Positions 40,884 through 48,855 of a stretch of DNA of 64,000 bases are shown here, one piece after another. The notes under the pieces are model-generated. The model was not told where the DNA came from. It did no database searches and worked only from the letters and a program-made list of their open reading frames with translations. The DNA lies in assembly GCA_964405655.1 (NCBI GenBank), contig CAYOOO010000001.1:89083-153082 (forward strand), read 5' to 3'. This stretch comes from an uncultured Gammaproteobacteria bacterium. Lineage in GTDB: Bacteria; Patescibacteriota; Microgenomatia; Daviesbacterales; UBA10151. Position 1 is the stretch's first letter; every line of letters starts with the position of its first letter. The position numbers and the translations under genes are program-made.

Positions 40884-41049
40884 GAATTAAAAAGTCCGGT
40901 CTCTATGACCGGTTTTTTTAATTTTATCTGTGCTTGGGAAAGAACTATGCACGCACAAAGTTGTGTCGTGCAGGTTCGACGTTTTTGACGAAGTCAAAAA
41001 GGAAAGGTTCTCGAGCGAAGTGAGAGGCTCTTACTCCCGTACGCGGTAC
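40884..41049 (+). mobile_element. tRNA-Glu-linked mini element: 54-nt double-hairpin cassette plus 17-bp duplicate of the tRNA 3' end
   Basis: 41033-41049 = 40867-40883; shares a 27-bp core with the tRNA-Asp element. Confidence 0.7.
40885..40923 (+). terminator. Intrinsic terminator after tRNA-Glu
   Basis: AATTAAAAAGT-CCGGTC-TCTAT-GACCGG-TTTTTTTAATT. Confidence 0.7.
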
Positions 41050-41060
41050 AAAAAGAGAGG

Positions 41061-41621
41061 CTAATTAGTTTTACCTGTTAGGAGTGCATCAATAATATCA
41101 TGGGGTAAGGCTGCAGCTGAAAGAAGTGCTTTCCTGACTAGTCCTCCGGCTTCTGAACCTATTTCATCAGCAGCTTTGAGGGTTCCAATAACTGCATCTT
41201 TAGCCAGCTCCCCACTGTCTGCTCCAATATCCGAAGCTGCACTGATTGCTCCTTCTACTGCTCCAACAGCTGCTCCAGCAATGTCCCCGCCAACGTTATG
41301 AACACTTCTGATAGTTTCTGAAGCAACCTGTTCTGTGGTAGTAGTAACATCGCCGCCTGTCTCTTTAACACCCTCAATAGCACCAGTTACCAGTCCGGCG
41401 ATGGCCTTAGTTAATGAAACACCTGTCTCTGAAACAACCTTGACTCCATCGGAGATAACTGAAGCTGAAACATCCATCGAGGTTGAAGCTACATCGCCGC
41501 CCGCCTTTAGCGATTGGACAATGTTCGTTTTGGTGACATCACGGGTAGTAGCAAAAACATCACCAATACCACTGACTACTGAATTTAAAGCATCCCTTAA
41601 CTCATCAGCAATATTAGCCAT
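41061..41621 (-). CDS. Hypothetical Ala/Gly/Val-rich helical repeat protein
   Basis: 186 aa with 22-residue periodicity (GGDV, GGDI, GADS, GSEA). Confidence 0.7.
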   Translation of the reverse strand: MANIADELRDALNSVVSGIGDVFATTRDVTKTNIVQSLKAGGDVASTSMDVSASVISDGVKVVSETGVSLTKAIAGLVTGAIEGVKETGGDVTTTTEQVASETIRSVHNVGGDIAGAAVGAVEGAISAASDIGADSGELAKDAVIGTLKAADEIGSEAGGLVRKALLSAAALPHDIIDALLTGKTN

Positions 41622-41784
41622 TTTTACTAGATTAGCATAATTTTACGAACTGTGTCAACAATTAGCCCCGTTTTTTCTCTAACCTTTCTCTTACAAAAAA
41701 CTATCAATTTTTTTAAAAAAATCTGCTACTATTTTAAGCAAGTTATGATCTATCAGAGTTAACTGTCTATGGTTAAGCTATATC

Positions 41785-41814
41785 AAACCGCCCCTGAGCT
41801 AGGGGCGGTTTTTT
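41785..41814 (+). terminator. Strong intrinsic terminator
   Basis: AAACCGCCCCT-GAGCT-AGGGGCGGTTT followed by a T run. Confidence 0.75.
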
Positions 41815-41859
41815 AAAAGCTAATTTTATGTATTTTAAGTATAATAAAAAGCAGGGTTT

Positions 41860-42816
41860 ATGAATTGGGTAGATCTTCTGATTTTGCTGGTATTAATACT
41901 TTTTATTTTGGATGGAGTTGGGAAAAGATTCTTTTGGGAATTACTAGATCTTTTTTCTTTCATAATGGCTTTTCTGCTGTCCCTAAGATTTTATAATTTG
42001 GCAGCTGACTTTTTAGATAACAATCTTAATGTCCCTCATTCTCTTTCAAATGTTTTGGGTTTTATCACAATCTGGTTTCTGGTGGAGTCGCTGCTTTTTT
42101 CTATAATCCATCTATCACTGCTTAGGCATAAATTCATTACCGAGGTGGAAAAACCACTGAATCGTTTCTCTTTTATCCCATCTTTTTTAAGGGGTTTGAT
42201 TTTTATTACTGTCATACTTTTACTGGTTGGAATATTTCCCATCCAGCCGAAGTTAAAGTCAGCTGTTGAGGGATCTCAAATCGGCTCCAGACTCTTATCC
42301 CAAGCAGTCCGGCTAGAAACTCCTTTTAAAAAAGTCTTTGGTGGCATCTCACAGGACACCCTTACTTTTCTAACAATTAAACCTAAAAGCGACGAAACTG
42401 TTAATTTAGGTTTTCAGACCAACAACCTTAGGGTTAATTCTATCTTGGAAGATAAGATGATCGATCTGGTTAATGAAGAAAGATCTAAGTTAGGTTTAAA
42501 AATCTTAACTTTTAATTCAGATTTAAGGGATGTTGCCAGGGGTCATAGTACTGATATGTTTCAACGGGGTTACTTCTCTCACAATTCGCCTGAGGGAAAA
42601 AATGTGGCTGATAGAGCAGAAGAAAAGGGTATTAAATACTTAGTAATAGGCGAGAATTTAGCTTATGCGCCAGACCTAAGCCTGGCTCATCAGGGCTTAA
42701 TGAATTCAGAGGGTCATCGGGCTAATATTCTATCTGAGGACTACAATAAAATAGGAATTGGCATTATGGATGGGGGTATCTATGGACTTATGATTACCCA
42801 AGTATTTTCAAATTGA
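41860..42816 (+). CDS. CvpA (colicin V production) membrane domain fused to a CAP/SCP domain
   Basis: MNWVDLLIL..GF/FF TM region; LVNEERS, ARGHSTDM..RGYFSH.SPEG, GENLA, LMNSEGHRANIL. Confidence 0.88.
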   Translation: MNWVDLLILLVLILFILDGVGKRFFWELLDLFSFIMAFLLSLRFYNLAADFLDNNLNVPHSLSNVLGFITIWFLVESLLFSIIHLSLLRHKFITEVEKPLNRFSFIPSFLRGLIFITVILLLVGIFPIQPKLKSAVEGSQIGSRLLSQAVRLETPFKKVFGGISQDTLTFLTIKPKSDETVNLGFQTNNLRVNSILEDKMIDLVNEERSKLGLKILTFNSDLRDVARGHSTDMFQRGYFSHNSPEGKNVADRAEEKGIKYLVIGENLAYAPDLSLAHQGLMNSEGHRANILSEDYNKIGIGIMDGGIYGLMITQVFSN

Positions 42817-43412
42817 TGTTTGATAATAGGCAAAAAGTACTGCTGGGAACTTCTCTGTTGATACTTCTTCTAAGTGGTTACTTGTTTTGGAAAGGTTTAA
42901 CCTCTTTTACAAGTCAACCCACTTCATCTTTGGCTCCACAACAAACCTTAGGAGAAAATACTCCAGCCTCTCCTTCTGACGGGCAAGAACAAGCAGAATA
43001 TAGAGTTACTAAAGTTATTGATGGGGATACTATTGAGATAGATGACAGTGGACAACCTAAAAAACTTCGCTACATTGGTGTTAATACTCCGGAAACTGTT
43101 GACCCCAGAAAAGCTGTTGAGTGTTTTGGAAAAGAAGCTAGTAATGAAAACAAAAGACTTATCGAAGGGCAGAAAGTGATTTTAGAAAAAGATGTTTCAG
43201 AGACTGATAGATTTGACAGGTTCTTAAGATATGTTTTTCTTAAGTTGGATGATGGTAGTCTGCTTTTTATCAATGATTATTTGGTTAGACAAGGTTTTGC
43301 TTATGCCTCAACCTATCCTCCTGATGTCAAATATCAAGAGAAGTTTGCTGAAGCTGAGAAAGAAGCCCGGGATAACAATCGCGGACTTTGGAGTAAGTGT
43401 CAAAGAAGCTAG
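42816..43412 (+). CDS. Thermonuclease (SNase) family protein, membrane-anchored
   Basis: VIDGDTI, RYIGVNTPE, DRFDRFLRYV, AR....GLW. Confidence 0.92.
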   Translation: MFDNRQKVLLGTSLLILLLSGYLFWKGLTSFTSQPTSSLAPQQTLGENTPASPSDGQEQAEYRVTKVIDGDTIEIDDSGQPKKLRYIGVNTPETVDPRKAVECFGKEASNENKRLIEGQKVILEKDVSETDRFDRFLRYVFLKLDDGSLLFINDYLVRQGFAYASTYPPDVKYQEKFAEAEKEARDNNRGLWSKCQRS

Positions 43413-43443
43413 GTGTTTATGTTACTATGTGAAGTAGAAGAAG

Positions 43444-44031
43444 ATGCAAAAGTTTGCCTTCCAGATGGTAGCAATTCTAATAGTTCTATTTGGCGCGCTT
43501 TGGTTCCTTTTTAAATATCAAGGGCAGGGACTTTTTAATATTAATACTCCCGGAGATTTGACAGCTAGTCCATCAAGCAGCAGCGATCCTTTTTTAAGTA
43601 TTAATAAACTTCAAATAGTTGATGCCCAAGCTAGTAACTTCCAGAATGCCAAGGCTACAGTGAAAGTTGGGATAGCGGATACAAAAGAAGAAAGGGCCAA
43701 GGGTTTAGGAGATAGAGACCGCCTAGATTCAGACTCGGGAATGATATTTATCTTTGAGATGGCTGATAAACACCGTTTTTGGATGAAAGGAATGAAGTTT
43801 CCGATAGATTTTATTTGGATAAATGGCGATCGGGTTGTTGATCTACTGCAAAATGTAACCCCACCCAAAGTAGGAGAAAAAGATGAAAACCTGCCCAGAT
43901 ACGAACCGGTTGTTAGCATTGACAAAGTACTTGAGGTTCCAAGCGGTTTTATTGCTTCCCATAACATTAAAGTTGGCGATAAAATAGTGTTTATACTAAA
44001 CGAGAGTCCTAGTCCGGAACCCTCTCAGTAA
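43444..44031 (+). CDS. DUF192 domain protein
   Basis: ADT.EERAKGL, GMIFIF, FWMKGMKFPIDFIWI, VLEV. Confidence 0.88.
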   Translation: MQKFAFQMVAILIVLFGALWFLFKYQGQGLFNINTPGDLTASPSSSSDPFLSINKLQIVDAQASNFQNAKATVKVGIADTKEERAKGLGDRDRLDSDSGMIFIFEMADKHRFWMKGMKFPIDFIWINGDRVVDLLQNVTPPKVGEKDENLPRYEPVVSIDKVLEVPSGFIASHNIKVGDKIVFILNESPSPEPSQ

Positions 44032-44035
44032 AAAA

Positions 44036-45493
44036 ATGGATGTACTGCCCGTAAAATCTTTAAGAGAAGAAGATCAAATACTGGTAGGTAAAGAGCTTGT
44101 TAATTTAGCAAAACTGGCTCAAGCCGAATTCCCAGTTGCCTCAGGTGTAGTAGTCATTCCTCCACAGATAAAGCTTAAGACGATCCTAGAGCATTTTGAA
44201 TATAAAGATAAAGAAGTTTTTGAACAAAGCCTTGAGATTATTAAAAAAGAGGTGGCTCAAATTCCTCCTCCAAAAGAGCTGGAGCAAGCCCTGGTTAATA
44301 AAAGAATTGATGTTAAGAAGACTTGGCTTAAGCTTCTTGAGGTTTGGATTAATGAAGTAAGATCAAGAATCTGGCGCGAGGGTTTTAGTAAAAATTTAAC
44401 TAAAAACCTGACAGCTCAGCCTGTATTTTTTATTAAAAAGCTTTCATCATCTGGCAGTTGCTATTATGATTACGAAGAAGACAGATTAAGATTAAAAACA
44501 CTCCACGGTCAAATTACGCCTGATCAATTAAAGAAGTTAGCAGACTTGGTTGTCAGGGCTGATAAAAAACTATTTTTACCAAATATTTACTATTTTATAA
44601 TTGACGGAAGTCTAAAGTTTGTCAAAATCGCCCCCTTTACCCAGCATGAAATTCCTGAAACATCAGAATTTAGTAGGCAAACAAACGGCTCAACTGCCGA
44701 TATAGTTCAATCTAAAAAAGAGACTGCGGTTAAGGTTTTTCTAAAGCTTTCTACTGATCTTAGGATTACTCATAATATTGATGGAGTAGTAATCTCGGCA
44801 GAGTTAGTCAAAGATCAAGACCAAAAAATATTGCAGATAGTTGAGGCTGCTACTTCACTGGGTGAAAATCCCCTGATCTTTAAACTACCAGATTTGATTG
44901 ATTCTTTTGGCGGTGTCAGGGGAACATTAAGATTAATTCATGATCAAAAACTTTTGAAACAGGAAGTTGAAGCATTTCTGTTTGCCCGAAATAAGAAGAG
45001 ACTGCTTAATACCCAAATTGCTATCCCTTTTATTAGGTCAGTCAATGAGTTTGTTCAAATTAAAAGAGATCTGGCAAGTTTGGGTGTAAGCAGAAAAGGC
45101 AGTTTAAAGCTCTGGCTTGAACTGGCTTTACCTGAGAATTTACTCAACCTAGAGGAGTATTTGCTGATTGGGGTCGACGGAGTCATTCTCAATTTGGATG
45201 AATTAGCAGCCTGGATTGGTGGTTTTGATCCAAGTGTAGCTGACTCCGTTTTTTATAAGAGACAGATAAAGGCCTTAATTAAGTTACTAGAAAATTGTTT
45301 GAAGGTTTTGCATAAATCAAAGGTGGCTACCTTAGCATCAGGTAGTTTAACTCTTCATGACGAAGTTATCAGTTTTCTAATAGATAAAGGTATTTGGGCC
45401 ATCGAGGTAGATTTCAGCGAAGTTTCTAGCATTCATGACTATATTGATTTCCATCAAAGGAGAAATTTCCGGGCTAAACTTCCTCCAAGTTAG
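44036..45493 (+). CDS. Degenerate PEP synthase/PEP-utilising enzyme homolog
   Basis: PPDK-like N-terminus (VGKELVNLAKL...FPVASG) and TIM-barrel-like C-terminus (GVRGTLRLI, IPFIRS); no phospho-His domain seen. Confidence 0.65.
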   Translation: MDVLPVKSLREEDQILVGKELVNLAKLAQAEFPVASGVVVIPPQIKLKTILEHFEYKDKEVFEQSLEIIKKEVAQIPPPKELEQALVNKRIDVKKTWLKLLEVWINEVRSRIWREGFSKNLTKNLTAQPVFFIKKLSSSGSCYYDYEEDRLRLKTLHGQITPDQLKKLADLVVRADKKLFLPNIYYFIIDGSLKFVKIAPFTQHEIPETSEFSRQTNGSTADIVQSKKETAVKVFLKLSTDLRITHNIDGVVISAELVKDQDQKILQIVEAATSLGENPLIFKLPDLIDSFGGVRGTLRLIHDQKLLKQEVEAFLFARNKKRLLNTQIAIPFIRSVNEFVQIKRDLASLGVSRKGSLKLWLELALPENLLNLEEYLLIGVDGVILNLDELAAWIGGFDPSVADSVFYKRQIKALIKLLENCLKVLHKSKVATLASGSLTLHDEVISFLIDKGIWAIEVDFSEVSSIHDYIDFHQRRNFRAKLPPS

Positions 45494-46167
45494 TCTAATC
45501 TGATCAGCATAATCCATTCACCTTTGGGTTTGATTTTGTCAAATTCCTCAAGCCACTCTGTGATTTTTCTTGTTTTAACAGTTTGGTAAATTTTTGTTAA
45601 TTCTCTAGCCAGTGTAATATCAATATCGCCAAAAGTAGCCCTAATCTCTTCAAGTGTCTTGGTTAGTTTATGAGGAGAGACTAAAATGATGAAGGTAGTA
45701 CTGATAATTTCAGCAATAGCTTTTATCATCAGGTAAAATTGCTGTCTTCTTCCGCTCTTTTCTGGAGGGTAACCTAAAAAGAAAAATTTATCTGGTGGTA
45801 GGGAAGATAAAGTGAGGGCAACTATGGGTGAAGCTGGTCCTGGTAAACTATCCACACTAATGCCTTCAAAAATGGCTTGTCTGACTAGTTTATATCCCGG
45901 ATCAGAGATCAGAGGAGTTCCAGCATCAGAGATAAGAGCTAAATTTTGTCCCTCTTTTGTTAGTTTTTCAATTATTAGGGGGGTTATCTTTGATTCGTTG
46001 TAGTCATTTAAAACAATTAAAGGTTTAGTAATTTGAAAGTGGTTTAGAAGCTTAGAGGCGCGTCTGCTGTCTTCACAAATTACTCCATCAACTTGCCTTA
46101 GTGTCTCAAGAGCTCTTAAACTAATATCTTTTAAATTACCAATAGGTGTGGCAATAATATAAAGCAT
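45490..46167 (-). CDS. rsmI: 16S rRNA (cytidine1402-2'-O)-methyltransferase
   Basis: LYIIATPIGNLKDIS.RA, CEDSR, SDAGTPLISDPG, ARELTK, KGE. Confidence 0.95.
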   Translation of the reverse strand: MLYIIATPIGNLKDISLRALETLRQVDGVICEDSRRASKLLNHFQITKPLIVLNDYNESKITPLIIEKLTKEGQNLALISDAGTPLISDPGYKLVRQAIFEGISVDSLPGPASPIVALTLSSLPPDKFFFLGYPPEKSGRRQQFYLMIKAIAEIISTTFIILVSPHKLTKTLEEIRATFGDIDITLARELTKIYQTVKTRKITEWLEEFDKIKPKGEWIMLIRLD

Positions 46168-46795
46168 GCTTGAAAGTTTAGCAAACTGGATTATTAATGT
46201 CATCTCAACTTTAGGCTACCCGGGTATAGTTTTGACTATGGCAATAGAGTCAGCCTTAATACCTCTACCTTCTGAGGTCATTATGCCTTTTTCAGGGTAT
46301 TTAGTATCTACAGGTAGATTTGATTTAAATCTAGTAGCTCTATCTGGCGCAATCGGTAATGTTTTGGGTTCTTTGCTTGCTTATTGGTTGGGTTACTGGG
46401 GACACGAGAGAGTGGTCAGGAAGTTTTTAAGAAGATGGGGAAAATGGATTTTACACACAGAAGCAGATTTAGATGAGACAGAAAAGTTATTGCACAAGTA
46501 TAAAGACTTGGTAGTCTTTGGGACTAGGGTTTTGCCTGGAATTAGAACAGTTATATCGCTTCCTTGCGGAATTGCCAAACTACCTTTGGGTAGATTTATT
46601 GTCCTGACCTTTATTGGATCGCTAATTTGGTCATACTTCTTAGCTTGGATAGGTTTGATATTAGGTCAAAACTGGCACGATATTGGCCCCTTTTTCCACA
46701 AGCTTGATTTAGTCATTGTTATTTTACTGGTTTTGGTCATTGGGTGGTATATCTATTACAAAATTAAAAAGAACAATCGTCACCATGTCTCTTGA
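46166..46795 (+). CDS. DedA family membrane protein
   Basis: ESALIPLPSEVIMPFSG, RVLPGIRTVISLPCG. Confidence 0.93.
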   Translation: MLESLANWIINVISTLGYPGIVLTMAIESALIPLPSEVIMPFSGYLVSTGRFDLNLVALSGAIGNVLGSLLAYWLGYWGHERVVRKFLRRWGKWILHTEADLDETEKLLHKYKDLVVFGTRVLPGIRTVISLPCGIAKLPLGRFIVLTFIGSLIWSYFLAWIGLILGQNWHDIGPFFHKLDLVIVILLVLVIGWYIYYKIKKNNRHHVS

Positions 46796-46827
46796 TTTTC
46801 CCAATCAATTGAAATATAAAATATTTT

Positions 46828-47253
46828 ATGGGAATAAAAACAAAAGTGACGTTGATCACAATATTTTTTGCGGTTCCAGCATTTTTTTTAGGTGAGATAA
46901 TTTGGCCACCTGCTCCTGAATTTCCAAAACCTAATCACTTTGAGTTATCTTTTTTTCTCATTCTGTCTATTTTAGAGGCTGTGGCTTTTGGACTAGGGTA
47001 CTCACTTATATTTCTAGGACTTCCTCTTTTAAAGAAACGTTCGGGATATACCACATTAACAAAGTTAGCTTACTTTTCTGTTGTCTGGTATTTAATTAAC
47101 TGGTGGCCCCATGACAATATGCATGCTCACAATGGACTTAATCCCCAAGGACTTTTAATAATAGAGTATCTTTTCCATTCTACCTTGATCATAGCTGGAG
47201 CAATTTTGGCGCTATATTTTTACAAGGTTGTTTTGAAAGGAAAATTTAAATAA
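46828..47253 (+). CDS. Hypothetical 4-TM membrane protein
   Basis: Hydrophobic; WWPHDNMH.HNG and EYLFH His cluster. Confidence 0.65.
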   Translation: MGIKTKVTLITIFFAVPAFFLGEIIWPPAPEFPKPNHFELSFFLILSILEAVAFGLGYSLIFLGLPLLKKRSGYTTLTKLAYFSVVWYLINWWPHDNMHAHNGLNPQGLLIIEYLFHSTLIIAGAILALYFYKVVLKGKFK

Positions 47254-47254
47254 T

Positions 47255-47872
47255 TTATTGGAAGCGTCTGATAACGCCAACACATTTGCCTTGGATGCGG
47301 ACATTGGTGCTATAGATTGGTTCCAAAGCAGCATTGGCTGGTTCTAATCTAATTCTGTCTGGCTCCCTGTAAAAGCGTTTCAGAGTTGCCAGTCCGCTAT
47401 CAATCATTGCTACCACTATATCGCCATCCTCAGCAGTATTTTGCTCCTCAATAATGACATAATCTCCATCAAGTATCCCATCCTCAATCATCGAATCACC
47501 CTTAACTTGGAGGACATAAGACCTCTTTTTACCAGATAGTAAGGTAGGAGAAACTGAGACTGTTGCATCAGGATCAGTGTAGGGCATGATAGGTTGTCCA
47601 GCTGCGATAAAGCCCATCAAAGGTAATTCAATGCCTTTGCTTTGAACTGCATACATTTGATCAACTATCTCTATTCCTCTGACTGAACCTTCAAATTTTC
47701 TAATGACTCCTTTTTTAGCTAAAGTTTGAATATGCTCATGAACAGTAGCTAAGGAAGAAACACCAATTGCTTCAGCAATTTCTCCTAAGGTGGGAGAGTA
47801 GCCATATTTTTCAATATAAGCTTTAATAAAGCGAAGAATTTCTTTTTGTTTTCTGTATAAAGTAACAGGCAT
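47255..47872 (-). CDS. lexA: SOS repressor LexA
   Basis: wHTH (GYSPTLGEIA), IAAGQP cleavage site, GDSM (Ser), ATLKR (Lys). Confidence 0.96.
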   Translation of the reverse strand: MPVTLYRKQKEILRFIKAYIEKYGYSPTLGEIAEAIGVSSLATVHEHIQTLAKKGVIRKFEGSVRGIEIVDQMYAVQSKGIELPLMGFIAAGQPIMPYTDPDATVSVSPTLLSGKKRSYVLQVKGDSMIEDGILDGDYVIIEEQNTAEDGDIVVAMIDSGLATLKRFYREPDRIRLEPANAALEPIYSTNVRIQGKCVGVIRRFQ

Positions 47873-47903
47873 ATTTAAGTACTTGATTATATAAGAAACT
47901 TTA

Positions 47904-47919
47904 CCAAATATATACCGAA
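47904..47919 (-). promoter_or_regulatory. Candidate LexA operator between -35 and -10 of the lexA promoter
   Basis: Minus strand TTGACA-gc-TTCGG-tatata-TTTGG-TAAAGT; direct repeat TTCGG-N6-TTYGG. Confidence 0.6.
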
Positions 47920-47952
47920 GCTGTCAATCTATACTTTTTATATCAAACAAGA

Positions 47953-48792
47953 TCAATTCTTGGTTTTTTTAGAGCTGACTGCAAAAGGTATCTCTTCCCA
48001 GTCTTTGAATTTAACCATCTTAATATTTTTGTTCCAAACTGTATCTAAAAAAGTTGTATCGACTTTGAATTTTTCCCCTAATGCTCTTAAAGCCAATAAA
48101 TCTTTAGGTAAACACTTTCCCCCAAAGCCTCTTTGGGAGGTAATATTTAGATGTGAATCATAAATTCTTTTATCTGAGACAACAAGCTTTTTGACCTCTG
48201 GATAACTAATTCCCAAACTTTGACAGATATCATACATTTCGTTAGCAAAGGTGACTTTTGCAGCCAAATAACAGTTGGCCATGTATTTAACCATCTCTGC
48301 AGTTGTTGGGTCAGTTTGAAAGATAGGCATAATCGGGAAGTGTTTTCTGAAAAGCGCCACCAGTCTTCTAGAAATCAGATCATTTTCTGCTCCAATAATG
48401 CAGCGATCAGCTTTAACAAAATCTTCTAAAAAGTTTGCTTCTGTTAAAAACTCTGGGTTAAAACAGATAGAAACTTTGGGATATCTTTTTATTAAAGCTG
48501 AAGTTGTTCCAGGCACAACTGTGGATTTGATAACCAGTATTTTGTCTGTATCCTTAATTAATTTAGCAATAGCTTCAACATTTTCTTCAACAATCGATAG
48601 ATCTATCCCGGAATGATCGTCTAAAATTGGAGTAGGGACACAAAGAAAGATGAACTCTCCCTTTTGGCAAACCTCCTCAAGACTTAAGAAAGGTTTAAAT
48701 TTGTCGTAAATAAAGATTGGTTCGTTTTTGAAACCATACTCAACAGCCTGACCAACAATACCATAACCAACAATTCCAATTGGGTTTTTCAT
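47953..48792 (-). CDS. UDP-glucose/GDP-mannose dehydrogenase family protein, short form
   Basis: GYGIVG, CVPTP, KSTVVPGT, NPEFL, AEMVKY, GFGGKCLPKD; lacks the C-terminal UDP-binding domain. Confidence 0.88.
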   Translation of the reverse strand: MKNPIGIVGYGIVGQAVEYGFKNEPIFIYDKFKPFLSLEEVCQKGEFIFLCVPTPILDDHSGIDLSIVEENVEAIAKLIKDTDKILVIKSTVVPGTTSALIKRYPKVSICFNPEFLTEANFLEDFVKADRCIIGAENDLISRRLVALFRKHFPIMPIFQTDPTTAEMVKYMANCYLAAKVTFANEMYDICQSLGISYPEVKKLVVSDKRIYDSHLNITSQRGFGGKCLPKDLLALRALGEKFKVDTTFLDTVWNKNIKMVKFKDWEEIPFAVSSKKTKN

Positions 48793-48855
48793 TAAAGGAT
48801 AAGATATAACTTCCAAATTGTTTATACAAGACCTCTCCTCAAAATCTAAAAGTTA

